Made by a program: the position numbers and the translations under genes. A model generated the notes under the pieces. It did not search any database, was not told the DNA's origin, and worked only from the letters and a program-made list of their open reading frames with translations. A DNA stretch of 64,000 nucleotides from Candidatus Daviesbacteria bacterium (GTDB taxonomy: Bacteria > Patescibacteriota > Microgenomatia > Daviesbacterales > UBA10151): contig JACPKP010000003.1 of assembly GCA_016186955.1 (NCBI GenBank), positions 66,290 through 130,289 on the forward strand, given 5' to 3'. Below are positions 28,572 to 37,529 of the stretch, in pieces; positions within the stretch are counted from its first letter, which is position 1, and the number at the start of each line of letters is the position of its first letter.

Positions 28572-31411
28572 GAAAAACAGTAAAATTTTTGGTTGAGGTA
28601 ATTTTATTCCTATTGGCGGCCGGGATCATTGCAGCAACTTTCCTGCCAATAGCTAACTGGTATTTTAGTGCAACACCCCTTTGGGGTGTTGATTTTTACT
28701 ACACTGCTACAATTGTAAATTTGATTCAAGCAAACCTGACGATACCACCATTAGGATGGGGGTATGCGTGGTTTAGCGGGTGGCCGATAGTTTCTAATTA
28801 TCCTATTTTACATTATTACATCATACTCGCCTTCACACATTTCTTTGATCTTATTTCAGCAATAAAAATTTGGATGCTGACAAGCCTTTTTATCTATTTT
28901 TTAGGATGCTACATAGTTTTTTACCAGCTTTGTAAAAACTGGGCGGTTTCAACAGTTTTATCTATTGGAGGAATTTATTCTGTTGGAGTATACGGAACGC
29001 TGATGTGGGGGGGGAGTTTGCCCTCCCATGCAACCCAGGCTTTTTTCCCCTGGGTTTTGTTTTTACTGATTTGCTACCTTAAAAACAACCAGACGAAGTT
29101 TCTTCTTTTGGGGGCTCTTCTGACCGGCATCTCCATTTTGGCGCATCCCCAGATAGTCATTGCTTATATTTATCCCTCGTCCTTCATACTTTTTATAACC
29201 TGGTTTGGAAGAATAAAATTGATTAACCGGATAAAATCATATGTTTTCTATTTTATAGTGTCATTTATTGTTGGTTTACCCGGATTCTATGTCGTTTTTT
29301 TGAAGGCGTTGCAAAGTATAGTTAACATTCATGCCAATAAAATTGCTGCATCAACGGTTACTGTTTCGCAAAAAGCGGTAAATGAGATTGAAGCTTTCAG
29401 TAGGGCCCAGCCGCTGAGGATTTTTCATGATACCAATACCGCCGTCTTCATTTTGCTTGGCGCAGCTTTAGCATTTTTTCTATTGGGGTTGATTTTACGG
29501 GTTTCAAAACAACGGCTTCTTGATGTCTTACCTGTTGTTTTTTTGGCGGGTTGGTTAACCGCCTATATATGGATGTTCGCATATGGGATTTCTATCTATC
29601 ACGGAGGTTGGTACCGTCTTTTTTGGACAACACCCCTTTGGTTAGGTATGGTAGTTGCTGTTTTTTGGGGATATTTCCAGCATTCATTGAAAGACAGGCT
29701 AGTTGTTCATTGGCATTTTAAAGGGATGATTGTAATAGTGAGTTTTCTGATTCTTGGCGGAGGTTTATATCTGGTGCTTTATTTTTCATCAGGATTTAAG
29801 GAGAGAGTAATTGCTAGAAGTACGCCGTCTTCAGCTTTTCCTGATGTTTTGAACTTAAGGGTTGATCCAGATGGGAGAGAGCAGTTGAAAACCGAGCTTG
29901 TGCCCAATTGGCTTGACCCCCAGCGCACTGATTACAGGCTTTATGGTTCTGACCAGACTGTTAATATCTGGTGGAATTCCCTTTATAAGATGCCTCTTGC
30001 GCGTGGGTATTTTGATCCGCCAAGCTCCTCTGAATATACTTTTTGGCTGGATGCTGCATTAAGCCAAGATAGTTCAACCGGAGAAGACCAATTAGCAGGC
30101 TCTTTTAAGTATCCGAAAGAGATTGCTTTCAACAATTCACTATTTTTGGTTGACTGGTATGCTGTTAAATTCGCGGAAGCCGGGCATGCAAGTCCCACGG
30201 TGTATGCACCGTTACCCAAAAGCCTGACTGATAAAAATTTGCTTGTTAATGAGCAGGAATTAGAGTTTAATAAGGAAAAATATAATAAGTTGAACCTGGT
30301 TCTCCACTATTTTGAGTTTAAAGATGAGTTAGTATCACCGATCCTTACAGCTACAAATGCCCCGGTCTTGTGCATTTTTGGTTCCGACCAGGGTTTTGGA
30401 ACCATTATCAGAGGGCTTGCGGATCTTAACCTGTCTTCACAACAGGTCATACCTTTAAAATTTGGTAAGTATCTGGATAAAATTAGCTTAAGCGATTTAC
30501 GCTTATGTGACGCTGTCATAATTTACGATTATGATTATCAGGATAAAGCGAAAGCATTCAGGCAGATAAGCGACTATGTTAAAAAAGGAGGCAAGGTATT
30601 CATAGATACCGGCGGGGAGGTTAAACAGTCTGAGGATAAAGGTCCTCTGCCGGATTTTTTTCCCATTGATAAAACTTACAGAAAGCCGTTAGGCAGGACT
30701 TGGGAGTTTGAGGTCGCAGATGATCCTATAACAAGAGATGTTGACTTTTCTACTTTTGATCCGCCAATTTTTGATGGGTCAGAATGGAATCTGTCTTTTC
30801 CCCAACAACCTGACGATGTACGGCAAAATGCAGTAATTTTATTGAAGAATCACACGAAGCCCATATTGGTTTCAGAAAATATCGAAAATGGTTTTGTTTT
30901 TTGGAGCGGGATGAACCTGCCTTACCACATCATCCGTAACCATAATACAAACGAGTTGGTATTTTTTAAAAAAATTATTGAAAAATTGATCGGGTCTGAA
31001 AAACCTACACCACCTCAATCTACCGTAAAATTTATTTCAGCCGGTAAACGCGAGCTTTCTACCTCAGGCGCCAGGGGCGTTTTATTTAAAGAACAGGCTT
31101 ATGACGGATGGAATGCAGTATGGACGGAAAACGGTAGAAACAGGGATCTTAAAGTGTATAAAGCCGGACCGGCAGATCCTGGATTTATTTTTGTGCGCCT
31201 TCCTGCCGGGTCCGGTACGGGAAAGCTCATCTTTTCCTATAACGGTTCAGGTAATACCTGGTTGGTTACGCTTTTATCAGTAACACTTTTTATATTAATT
31301 TTGGATGAGGTAATTTTTGGGGAAAAACTGTTGGGGGGAGCAAGACGTTGGATTTGGAGGAAATTCCACCACCGTTTAACCGGTTGGTGGGGTAGGGAAG
31401 ATGAAATTTAG
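28568..31411 (+). CDS. Tandem paralog of 25650..28571
   Basis: GVDFY, WFSGWP, NIWWNS..MPLARGY, DYVKKGGKVFIDTGGE; ATGA overlap with upstream stop. Confidence 0.6.
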   Translation: MRKTVKFLVEVILFLLAAGIIAATFLPIANWYFSATPLWGVDFYYTATIVNLIQANLTIPPLGWGYAWFSGWPIVSNYPILHYYIILAFTHFFDLISAIKIWMLTSLFIYFLGCYIVFYQLCKNWAVSTVLSIGGIYSVGVYGTLMWGGSLPSHATQAFFPWVLFLLICYLKNNQTKFLLLGALLTGISILAHPQIVIAYIYPSSFILFITWFGRIKLINRIKSYVFYFIVSFIVGLPGFYVVFLKALQSIVNIHANKIAASTVTVSQKAVNEIEAFSRAQPLRIFHDTNTAVFILLGAALAFFLLGLILRVSKQRLLDVLPVVFLAGWLTAYIWMFAYGISIYHGGWYRLFWTTPLWLGMVVAVFWGYFQHSLKDRLVVHWHFKGMIVIVSFLILGGGLYLVLYFSSGFKERVIARSTPSSAFPDVLNLRVDPDGREQLKTELVPNWLDPQRTDYRLYGSDQTVNIWWNSLYKMPLARGYFDPPSSSEYTFWLDAALSQDSSTGEDQLAGSFKYPKEIAFNNSLFLVDWYAVKFAEAGHASPTVYAPLPKSLTDKNLLVNEQELEFNKEKYNKLNLVLHYFEFKDELVSPILTATNAPVLCIFGSDQGFGTIIRGLADLNLSSQQVIPLKFGKYLDKISLSDLRLCDAVIIYDYDYQDKAKAFRQISDYVKKGGKVFIDTGGEVKQSEDKGPLPDFFPIDKTYRKPLGRTWEFEVADDPITRDVDFSTFDPPIFDGSEWNLSFPQQPDDVRQNAVILLKNHTKPILVSENIENGFVFWSGMNLPYHIIRNHNTNELVFFKKIIEKLIGSEKPTPPQSTVKFISAGKRELSTSGARGVLFKEQAYDGWNAVWTENGRNRDLKVYKAGPADPGFIFVRLPAGSGTGKLIFSYNGSGNTWLVTLLSVTLFILILDEVIFGEKLLGGARRWIWRKFHHRLTGWWGREDEI

Positions 31412-32313
31412 TAAAATCTACGTACTAGTCGTCTAGCATTTAATGTATTTTTAAGGTTTAAAATATTCCAATAAAGTCCTTTTATAAGTGGAATATAAGT
31501 TTTAACTGACGAATTAAAGTTTTCAAAAGCGATTACTATACTAAATTGGAAAGCCAAGGAAGAAACAATCTGGAAAACTGTTGCGTGTTTAAACATACAA
31601 CGCCATTTACTTCGGTATTTTATTGTGGCTATATCTTCCCAGCGGATTTCCCTATAAGCTGTTTTTGAGCTTATGTGGTAAAAAACAGCATTTGGGTTGT
31701 ATAAAACCTTAAATCCTGCCCGTTTGGTTCTGATGCAATAATCAATATCTTCAAAATATAGAAAAAAACCCTCGTCTAGCGAACCAATTTTATTTATAAG
31801 TTTCCTGCGGACAAAAAAACCTCCCGCGGGTGGAATGTCGCACTCCCGGATGCTGTCTAAATTATTTAAATCGTATTGGTGATATCCAAGATATGGGTTG
31901 ATCCTTAACCCGTTAAACCCAATTGTGCCACCCTTTTGGTTGTAACACTTACCGCCAATTATCCCAATTTTAGGATTGGACTCTGCCAATTGAACCATCT
32001 TGGTGAAAAAATCTTTGTCAAAAATAACGTCGTTGTTTGAAAATAAGATATAATCACTTTTTGTTTTTTTTACTGCAAGATTTACAGCCTTAGAATATCC
32101 TAAATTTTTTGGTTGACATATGATTTTTACCCATGGAAAATTTTTCTTTATCAGAGCAGGTGTATTATCAGAAGAATTATTGTCAATAACCCAAACCTCC
32201 AACTTATTTTTAGGATAACTGACCTGTTGTAAAGATTTAAGGCATCTTTTCGTATCCTGCCAGCCGTTAAAGGTGGGGAAAATGACTGAAATTTTTTCAT
32301 TAGAAATTTTCAT
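31408..32313 (-). CDS. GT2 glycosyltransferase (WbbL-like)
   Basis: IDNNSSD, SNNDV, DEGFFLYFEDIDYC. Confidence 0.85.
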   Translation of the reverse strand: MKISNEKISVIFPTFNGWQDTKRCLKSLQQVSYPKNKLEVWVIDNNSSDNTPALIKKNFPWVKIICQPKNLGYSKAVNLAVKKTKSDYILFSNNDVIFDKDFFTKMVQLAESNPKIGIIGGKCYNQKGGTIGFNGLRINPYLGYHQYDLNNLDSIRECDIPPAGGFFVRRKLINKIGSLDEGFFLYFEDIDYCIRTKRAGFKVLYNPNAVFYHISSKTAYREIRWEDIATIKYRSKWRCMFKHATVFQIVSSLAFQFSIVIAFENFNSSVKTYIPLIKGLYWNILNLKNTLNARRLVRRFY

Positions 32314-34643
32314 GTTCGTAATTCTTTCATTGCAATTTGCAAGATTGCAGCAAATTTTAACGAGATTTTCTCCCAGGTTAGTTTAGAGGCCTGAAACTCT
32401 GCCTTTTTTGATAAATGAATGCGGTATATATTATCAGTTAAAATACGGATAACCTTATTTGCAAAATCATAATAATCCCCAAGGGGAACTTTCCGGTAGC
32501 CTTTTTTGTAAACTGTTTCCAACACCCCTATGTCCCATCCTATCACCGGGAGTTTGGCTGCCATAGCTTCGCCTACAGCTAATCCCCACCCTGCTTCATG
32601 ATCGGTAAACAGAAAAACTTTAGCAGTTTTAAGAATTGACCATACCTTTGGCTGTGGGATAAATCCCAAAAGCTTAATATTATCTCCAAGGCCAAAATTT
32701 TTTATCTGCAGCCTAAGCTCTCTTAAGATATTATTTGGACCGGGTCCAATAACTGCCAGCTTGGCTTGGGGGGACTTCTTTGTTACTTCAACCCAAATCT
32801 TAGGTAAATCAAAAATGCCTTTAGTAGGATGCAATCTTCCCAAAAAAACACCGTCATATTTTTTTCTCCAAGCAGGACGAAATGATTTGATTGCCTGATA
32901 ATCTACCCCCCCTCCCAAAACAATCACTTTTTGAGCATTAAACCCTGATTCGTGAAGCTGATTTTTAAGGTTTTGGTTTAGCGCTATGATTAAATCAGCT
33001 TTTTGTTTAATTGCTTGAAGAGAAACCCATTGCAGGAATGACGAGCCTAAATTTACCCAGAGCCTGCCGGGTCTTTTAAAAGGGGAGGGAGATAGGTGGT
33101 GGATTCTTGCTATCCAATATACGCCGGCTTTTTTGGTAAGATAAGCCGGTAATATATCGGGTAAGATACTTGTTGAAGAATATATAATTTTAGATTCTGA
33201 AATTTTCTTGAGTAACTTAGTTGAGGAGATAATCCTTAAAAGATAAGTTATAAATACCCCCCATGGTCCAGTATGATTATCAAAAACAGTCCTCTTTAAT
33301 TTTATTAAGTTTATCTTGAGCCCTGATTGGACCCAATGGCTAGTATTGGTTTCCGGCAAAACCACACTAATTTTAGGGGCAAGTGCGAGTCTTTTCGCCA
33401 TTTCCACAAGTAACAAATCACCTCCGGCTATACCGGATTGTGCAATATGCCCGGTTTCTAAAGCAATAAATTTGGGTTGGTGGTGTTTTAGAATGTCGTT
33501 TATTAATTTAACTAAGCTTAGGGTATGTTGCAAATGTGTATAGTAAAGTTTAACTAATTTGGCAGCTTCCACCCCCATTTTGTAGGCCCGACGCTCATCC
33601 TTCAAAAGAATTTCCACAAACTTTTTTAAAATATTAGCTGAAATTTGATTAGGGAAAAAGCCATGCTTATTATTTTGGAATAGTTCAGTGATTCCTGATC
33701 GCTTGGGAATGATAATGGGAATTCCCAAGCTGGCAGCTTCCAGCGCAGACAGAGAAAAAGCTTCAAAATGGGGATGAATCCAAACCCTGGCTTGGTTACA
33801 AATCATCTCCAACTCGTTTTGTTTGTAGCCTGTTATCAAGGTGACCCTATTCTGCAGCTGTTTTTGTTTGATAAGCTTTCTAAACCAGGTAAGATTGTGT
33901 TTACTGCTCCATGTGCCTGCAATAATAAGCTCTGTTTGGGGAAGTTGTTCTAAGAGCTCAAGTAAAATATCCAGATTTTTTTCTCTGTCCCAACGGCCAA
34001 AAGAAATAATCTTGTCACCCCTTTTTTTTGGTAAATTTTTAGGAGGATTAACCCCCAGGTAGAGTATTGTTGGATTGACCCGGTAGGAGTTTTTAATAAA
34101 GTTTGCATGTACGGTGGAATCTACCAGACACAGGTTTGAAGCCTGTATAAAATGTTTTTCTAAAAATGACGCGATGGGTTTAATAATAGGGAAGAATAAA
34201 CGCAGCATTGTTTCTGAATATACTTTTTCCAAAATATAAACCATAGGGTCATGGATAACAGCGATATAGGGGATATGGCGGAAATGGCAAAGAGCCCAAA
34301 TAGTAAGAGAAGTTGTAGTCCCGTGGCTAATAATTATATCAAATTCTTTAGGGCCTACTTTTATAGGCGCTAAAATGGGGCTTACAAGGTGTAAACTGGA
34401 CAGGAATTTAAAAATAGGCAGTTTAAAACTGGACTGTAAAATTTTTGGATACCTGTCTGAGAGAAATTCATGTGGTATGTTTGCAACAAGATAACTATTC
34501 CTTTTTTCAAAACCCCTGCGCATTAATATTAAAAGGGTTGCATGAAATCCCAATTTGTTTAATTCCTTTACTTCTTCAATCGCAGCTTTCTGTACGCCTC
34601 CAGGTAAGATTTGATCAATAACTACTGCAATTTTTGGTTTCAT
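32310..34643 (-). CDS. Double GT4 glycosyltransferase (two fused GT-B units)
   Basis: EAFSLSALEAASLG and EAGWGLAVGEAMAA. Confidence 0.8.
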   Translation of the reverse strand: MKPKIAVVIDQILPGGVQKAAIEEVKELNKLGFHATLLILMRRGFEKRNSYLVANIPHEFLSDRYPKILQSSFKLPIFKFLSSLHLVSPILAPIKVGPKEFDIIISHGTTTSLTIWALCHFRHIPYIAVIHDPMVYILEKVYSETMLRLFFPIIKPIASFLEKHFIQASNLCLVDSTVHANFIKNSYRVNPTILYLGVNPPKNLPKKRGDKIISFGRWDREKNLDILLELLEQLPQTELIIAGTWSSKHNLTWFRKLIKQKQLQNRVTLITGYKQNELEMICNQARVWIHPHFEAFSLSALEAASLGIPIIIPKRSGITELFQNNKHGFFPNQISANILKKFVEILLKDERRAYKMGVEAAKLVKLYYTHLQHTLSLVKLINDILKHHQPKFIALETGHIAQSGIAGGDLLLVEMAKRLALAPKISVVLPETNTSHWVQSGLKINLIKLKRTVFDNHTGPWGVFITYLLRIISSTKLLKKISESKIIYSSTSILPDILPAYLTKKAGVYWIARIHHLSPSPFKRPGRLWVNLGSSFLQWVSLQAIKQKADLIIALNQNLKNQLHESGFNAQKVIVLGGGVDYQAIKSFRPAWRKKYDGVFLGRLHPTKGIFDLPKIWVEVTKKSPQAKLAVIGPGPNNILRELRLQIKNFGLGDNIKLLGFIPQPKVWSILKTAKVFLFTDHEAGWGLAVGEAMAAKLPVIGWDIGVLETVYKKGYRKVPLGDYYDFANKVIRILTDNIYRIHLSKKAEFQASKLTWEKISLKFAAILQIAMKELRT

Positions 34644-35338
34644 GAATTATTCTTTTGGGCAGCTACCCAAAAACTGTCCCTGATCAAAGCCAATGGGGAG
34701 GACCAAAGTAGGTAAACAAACAAGATCTTAATTGGAGTAGGCAGATCCCAATAGAAAGGTGTATTATAAGCAGTTTTGAAATTAAATTTAATTTTTTTAA
34801 ACCGTACTTTTTTTAAATCTTTTGCTAAAGAAAAAGGTGTATAAAAATTAATGTGTGTCGGGTCGGAATACCCAAACCACCTTTTGCCCCGATAAAGCCT
34901 GACAGGGGATAATAAGTTGGGAGTCACAATGAAAATAATTCCATTAGGTTTTAATATTCTCTTTGCTTCCTTTAGAAAAATATTAACCTGTTTTTTAGTT
35001 AGGTGTTCAATAACAGAGATAGAAGTAATCATATCAAAAGTAGCCCGTTTAAAGGGCAACTTTGTTGCATCTGCTTTTATAAATTTTTTCTTAGCAGATT
35101 TTACGGCAAATTTTCTGGCAATTTTTATCGCTTCTATACTACTGTCAGTACCAATAACGTCAAACCTATTTTGATTTAAATAATTTACGATTTTTCCCGT
35201 TCCGCATCCGACATCCAGAATTTTTTTAAAATTATTTTTTTCCAGAAGAATTCTAATAGTATAAGCTATGCGTTCGTCGAGATAATCCCTATCTTCGAAA
35301 TATTTTTTATTGTAGTGTTTTTTTAATGATTTTTTCAT
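34640..35338 (-). CDS. Class I SAM methyltransferase
   Basis: ILDVGCGTG, ADATKLPF, VIEHL. Confidence 0.85.
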   Translation of the reverse strand: MKKSLKKHYNKKYFEDRDYLDERIAYTIRILLEKNNFKKILDVGCGTGKIVNYLNQNRFDVIGTDSSIEAIKIARKFAVKSAKKKFIKADATKLPFKRATFDMITSISVIEHLTKKQVNIFLKEAKRILKPNGIIFIVTPNLLSPVRLYRGKRWFGYSDPTHINFYTPFSLAKDLKKVRFKKIKFNFKTAYNTPFYWDLPTPIKILFVYLLWSSPLALIRDSFWVAAQKNNS

Positions 35339-36440
35339 ATTGTTTAGCACACCTTTTCCAGCTGAAAAAAAGTGTTTTTAGTTTAGCATTTTGTCCTAAC
35401 TTTTGCCTAAATTGATCATTTTCTATGAGTATTTGTAAATAGTTTCTGAACTCTTCCGGTGTTTTGGCAATAAAACCCGTTTTACCATGGTCAATCAGTT
35501 CCTTTGCTGCTGCCAGATCCATGGAAACTGTGGGGATGTCAAATTGTGCAGCTTCCATGATGGGCAGGCCAAAATAAAGGTATTTATCCCCACAAGCATA
35601 AATATCAGACCTTTGGTAAAGTTTTGCCAGCTTTCCGTCTGTTGGGTCGATAATAATTCTGACCATTTCTCCGCCAATTTTTTTGAGATATTTTATATAA
35701 TTTTTTTTGGGTTGCGACCCTACTATCGTGAATTTAATTTTTTTGTCAGAATTAATTTTTTTTAAAGCGTTAATTATAAAATGGAAACCCTTATAAGGAG
35801 TAATCCTGGAAACGGAAATAACAGTGATATATTTTTTAGGAGTTTGTATGACATTCTTTGCAAGTAAAGAAGTAGCGCCTAAATACACTGAGCAATCTAC
35901 TTTTCTGCTAAATAACCTCTCACCTTGTTTTGCCGCAAACTTACTAATAGCTACAATTTTTGATGATAGCTTAAATGATATTAACTCGGTTAAGTATATT
36001 ACTAAATTGCCTAATTGATTGATTAGAGTATCAAAAATATTGGTTTTCTCATCAGGGGATTTATTTTCCAGTAACGCATCCAATTGGATACCCATAAAAA
36101 GGCGGATTATAGGGATTCCTGAAAGTTTACCGGCTAAAAAAAATGGTAATGTACCGGCAAAGATCAATACCTCGGGTTTATCTTTTCTCAAGATTTTATA
36201 TAGAAAGACGGCAGATATATATTTACCAATGATTGGAGTTTTATTTTGAGTGAATGTGACGATTTTGACTCTATCTCTTTGCAAATTTTTTTCAGTCTCA
36301 ACATCCCGCATCGTGTCATAAGCATACGTTGTGACATTATGTCCAAGTATTGCCAGGTGTTTTCCGATCTCCAGTGGCGCCCTGGAGCCTGAGTGGCCAT
36401 TTATTATTTCCGTCAAAAGCCCAATTCTTATTTTTTTCAA
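35307..36440 (-). CDS. GT4 glycosyltransferase
   Basis: SRITPYKG, FGLPIMEAA, HGKTGF. Confidence 0.85.
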   Translation of the reverse strand: MKKIRIGLLTEIINGHSGSRAPLEIGKHLAILGHNVTTYAYDTMRDVETEKNLQRDRVKIVTFTQNKTPIIGKYISAVFLYKILRKDKPEVLIFAGTLPFFLAGKLSGIPIIRLFMGIQLDALLENKSPDEKTNIFDTLINQLGNLVIYLTELISFKLSSKIVAISKFAAKQGERLFSRKVDCSVYLGATSLLAKNVIQTPKKYITVISVSRITPYKGFHFIINALKKINSDKKIKFTIVGSQPKKNYIKYLKKIGGEMVRIIIDPTDGKLAKLYQRSDIYACGDKYLYFGLPIMEAAQFDIPTVSMDLAAAKELIDHGKTGFIAKTPEEFRNYLQILIENDQFRQKLGQNAKLKTLFFSWKRCAKQYEKIIKKTLQ

Positions 36441-37495
36441 CTTTTGTATAAATTACAAAGATCATCCATAATCTTGTTATTATCAAAAGTAATATTCCAT
36501 TTAGGGTATTTTTTTCTGAATTTGCCGGAGGAATAAATACACCATTTATGGTCACCCCGCCGGGTTTGATCAGAATACTCGATATCTGCCTTTTTATTTA
36601 ATTTTTTTTCAGCCATAGTTACCGCTTCCAAAATTGAATTGTTTGAAGACCTGCCCCCGCCGATGTTGTAAGCTTCGCCGTATGAGCCGCTTGGATCCTG
36701 ATAAACCTGCCAGAAGGCATTAACCAAGTCGTATGCATGAATATTGTCGCGCACCTGTTTCCCTTTATATCCGTTAATAATATATTTTCCCCCGGTTGCG
36801 ATACATTTAACGAGGTAAGCCAAGAAACCGTGTAGTTTTGCTCCTTTGTGTGCAGATCCTGTTATACAAACCGGCCTGAAAATTGCAATTGGAAGATTAA
36901 AATAGTGCCCATATTCCCCGGCCATAATATCCCCGCATGCTTTGGATGCGCCAAATAATGAATGAAGGTTACCGTCTAACCTGCCAAAAGATTCATCAAC
37001 TCCGCCATAGTATTTATGATTTTTGGGTAAATCATACCTGGTTTTTAATTCTTTTAAAGGTAAGCTATTGACCGAATCACCATAAACTTTAGAGGAAGAG
37101 CAATGGATAAATATGGCTTTGGGGGATAGTTGCCGGTAAACTTCCAGTAAATTCATTGTGGTTGAAGCATTTAGTTCGAAATCTTCTATTGCATGGTTGG
37201 TTGACCACTCATGAGCCGGTTGGCCGGCACATGCCCCGATCATGTCGAATGGCCCATATTTTTTAAATATAGATTTCAGTTTAGGGAAATCCCTAAGGTC
37301 TAAGTTTATATGGGAATAATTTGTATACTTTAATTTCAATTCCTTACCAACTGGGGTAGTTGAGCACTCAGGCCCGAATAAGTATTTTCTTGTATTATTA
37401 TCAATGCCAAAAACCACCCATTTTTTTTTGGCAAAAAACTTTACCATTTCCGAACCAACCAGGCCGTGTGATCCCGTAACCAGTAACCTTTTCAT
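36437..37495 (-). CDS. NAD-dependent epimerase, CDP-paratose 2-epimerase (RfbE/Tyv)-like
   Basis: TGSHGLVG, SSSKVYGD, GKQVRDNIH, RRGDHKW; catalytic YxxxK appears as FGASK. Confidence 0.75.
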   Translation of the reverse strand: MKRLLVTGSHGLVGSEMVKFFAKKKWVVFGIDNNTRKYLFGPECSTTPVGKELKLKYTNYSHINLDLRDFPKLKSIFKKYGPFDMIGACAGQPAHEWSTNHAIEDFELNASTTMNLLEVYRQLSPKAIFIHCSSSKVYGDSVNSLPLKELKTRYDLPKNHKYYGGVDESFGRLDGNLHSLFGASKACGDIMAGEYGHYFNLPIAIFRPVCITGSAHKGAKLHGFLAYLVKCIATGGKYIINGYKGKQVRDNIHAYDLVNAFWQVYQDPSGSYGEAYNIGGGRSSNNSILEAVTMAEKKLNKKADIEYSDQTRRGDHKWCIYSSGKFRKKYPKWNITFDNNKIMDDLCNLYKS

Positions 37496-37529
37496 ATATT
37501 TATTCTTTATGAAAGTTTTAACATATTTG

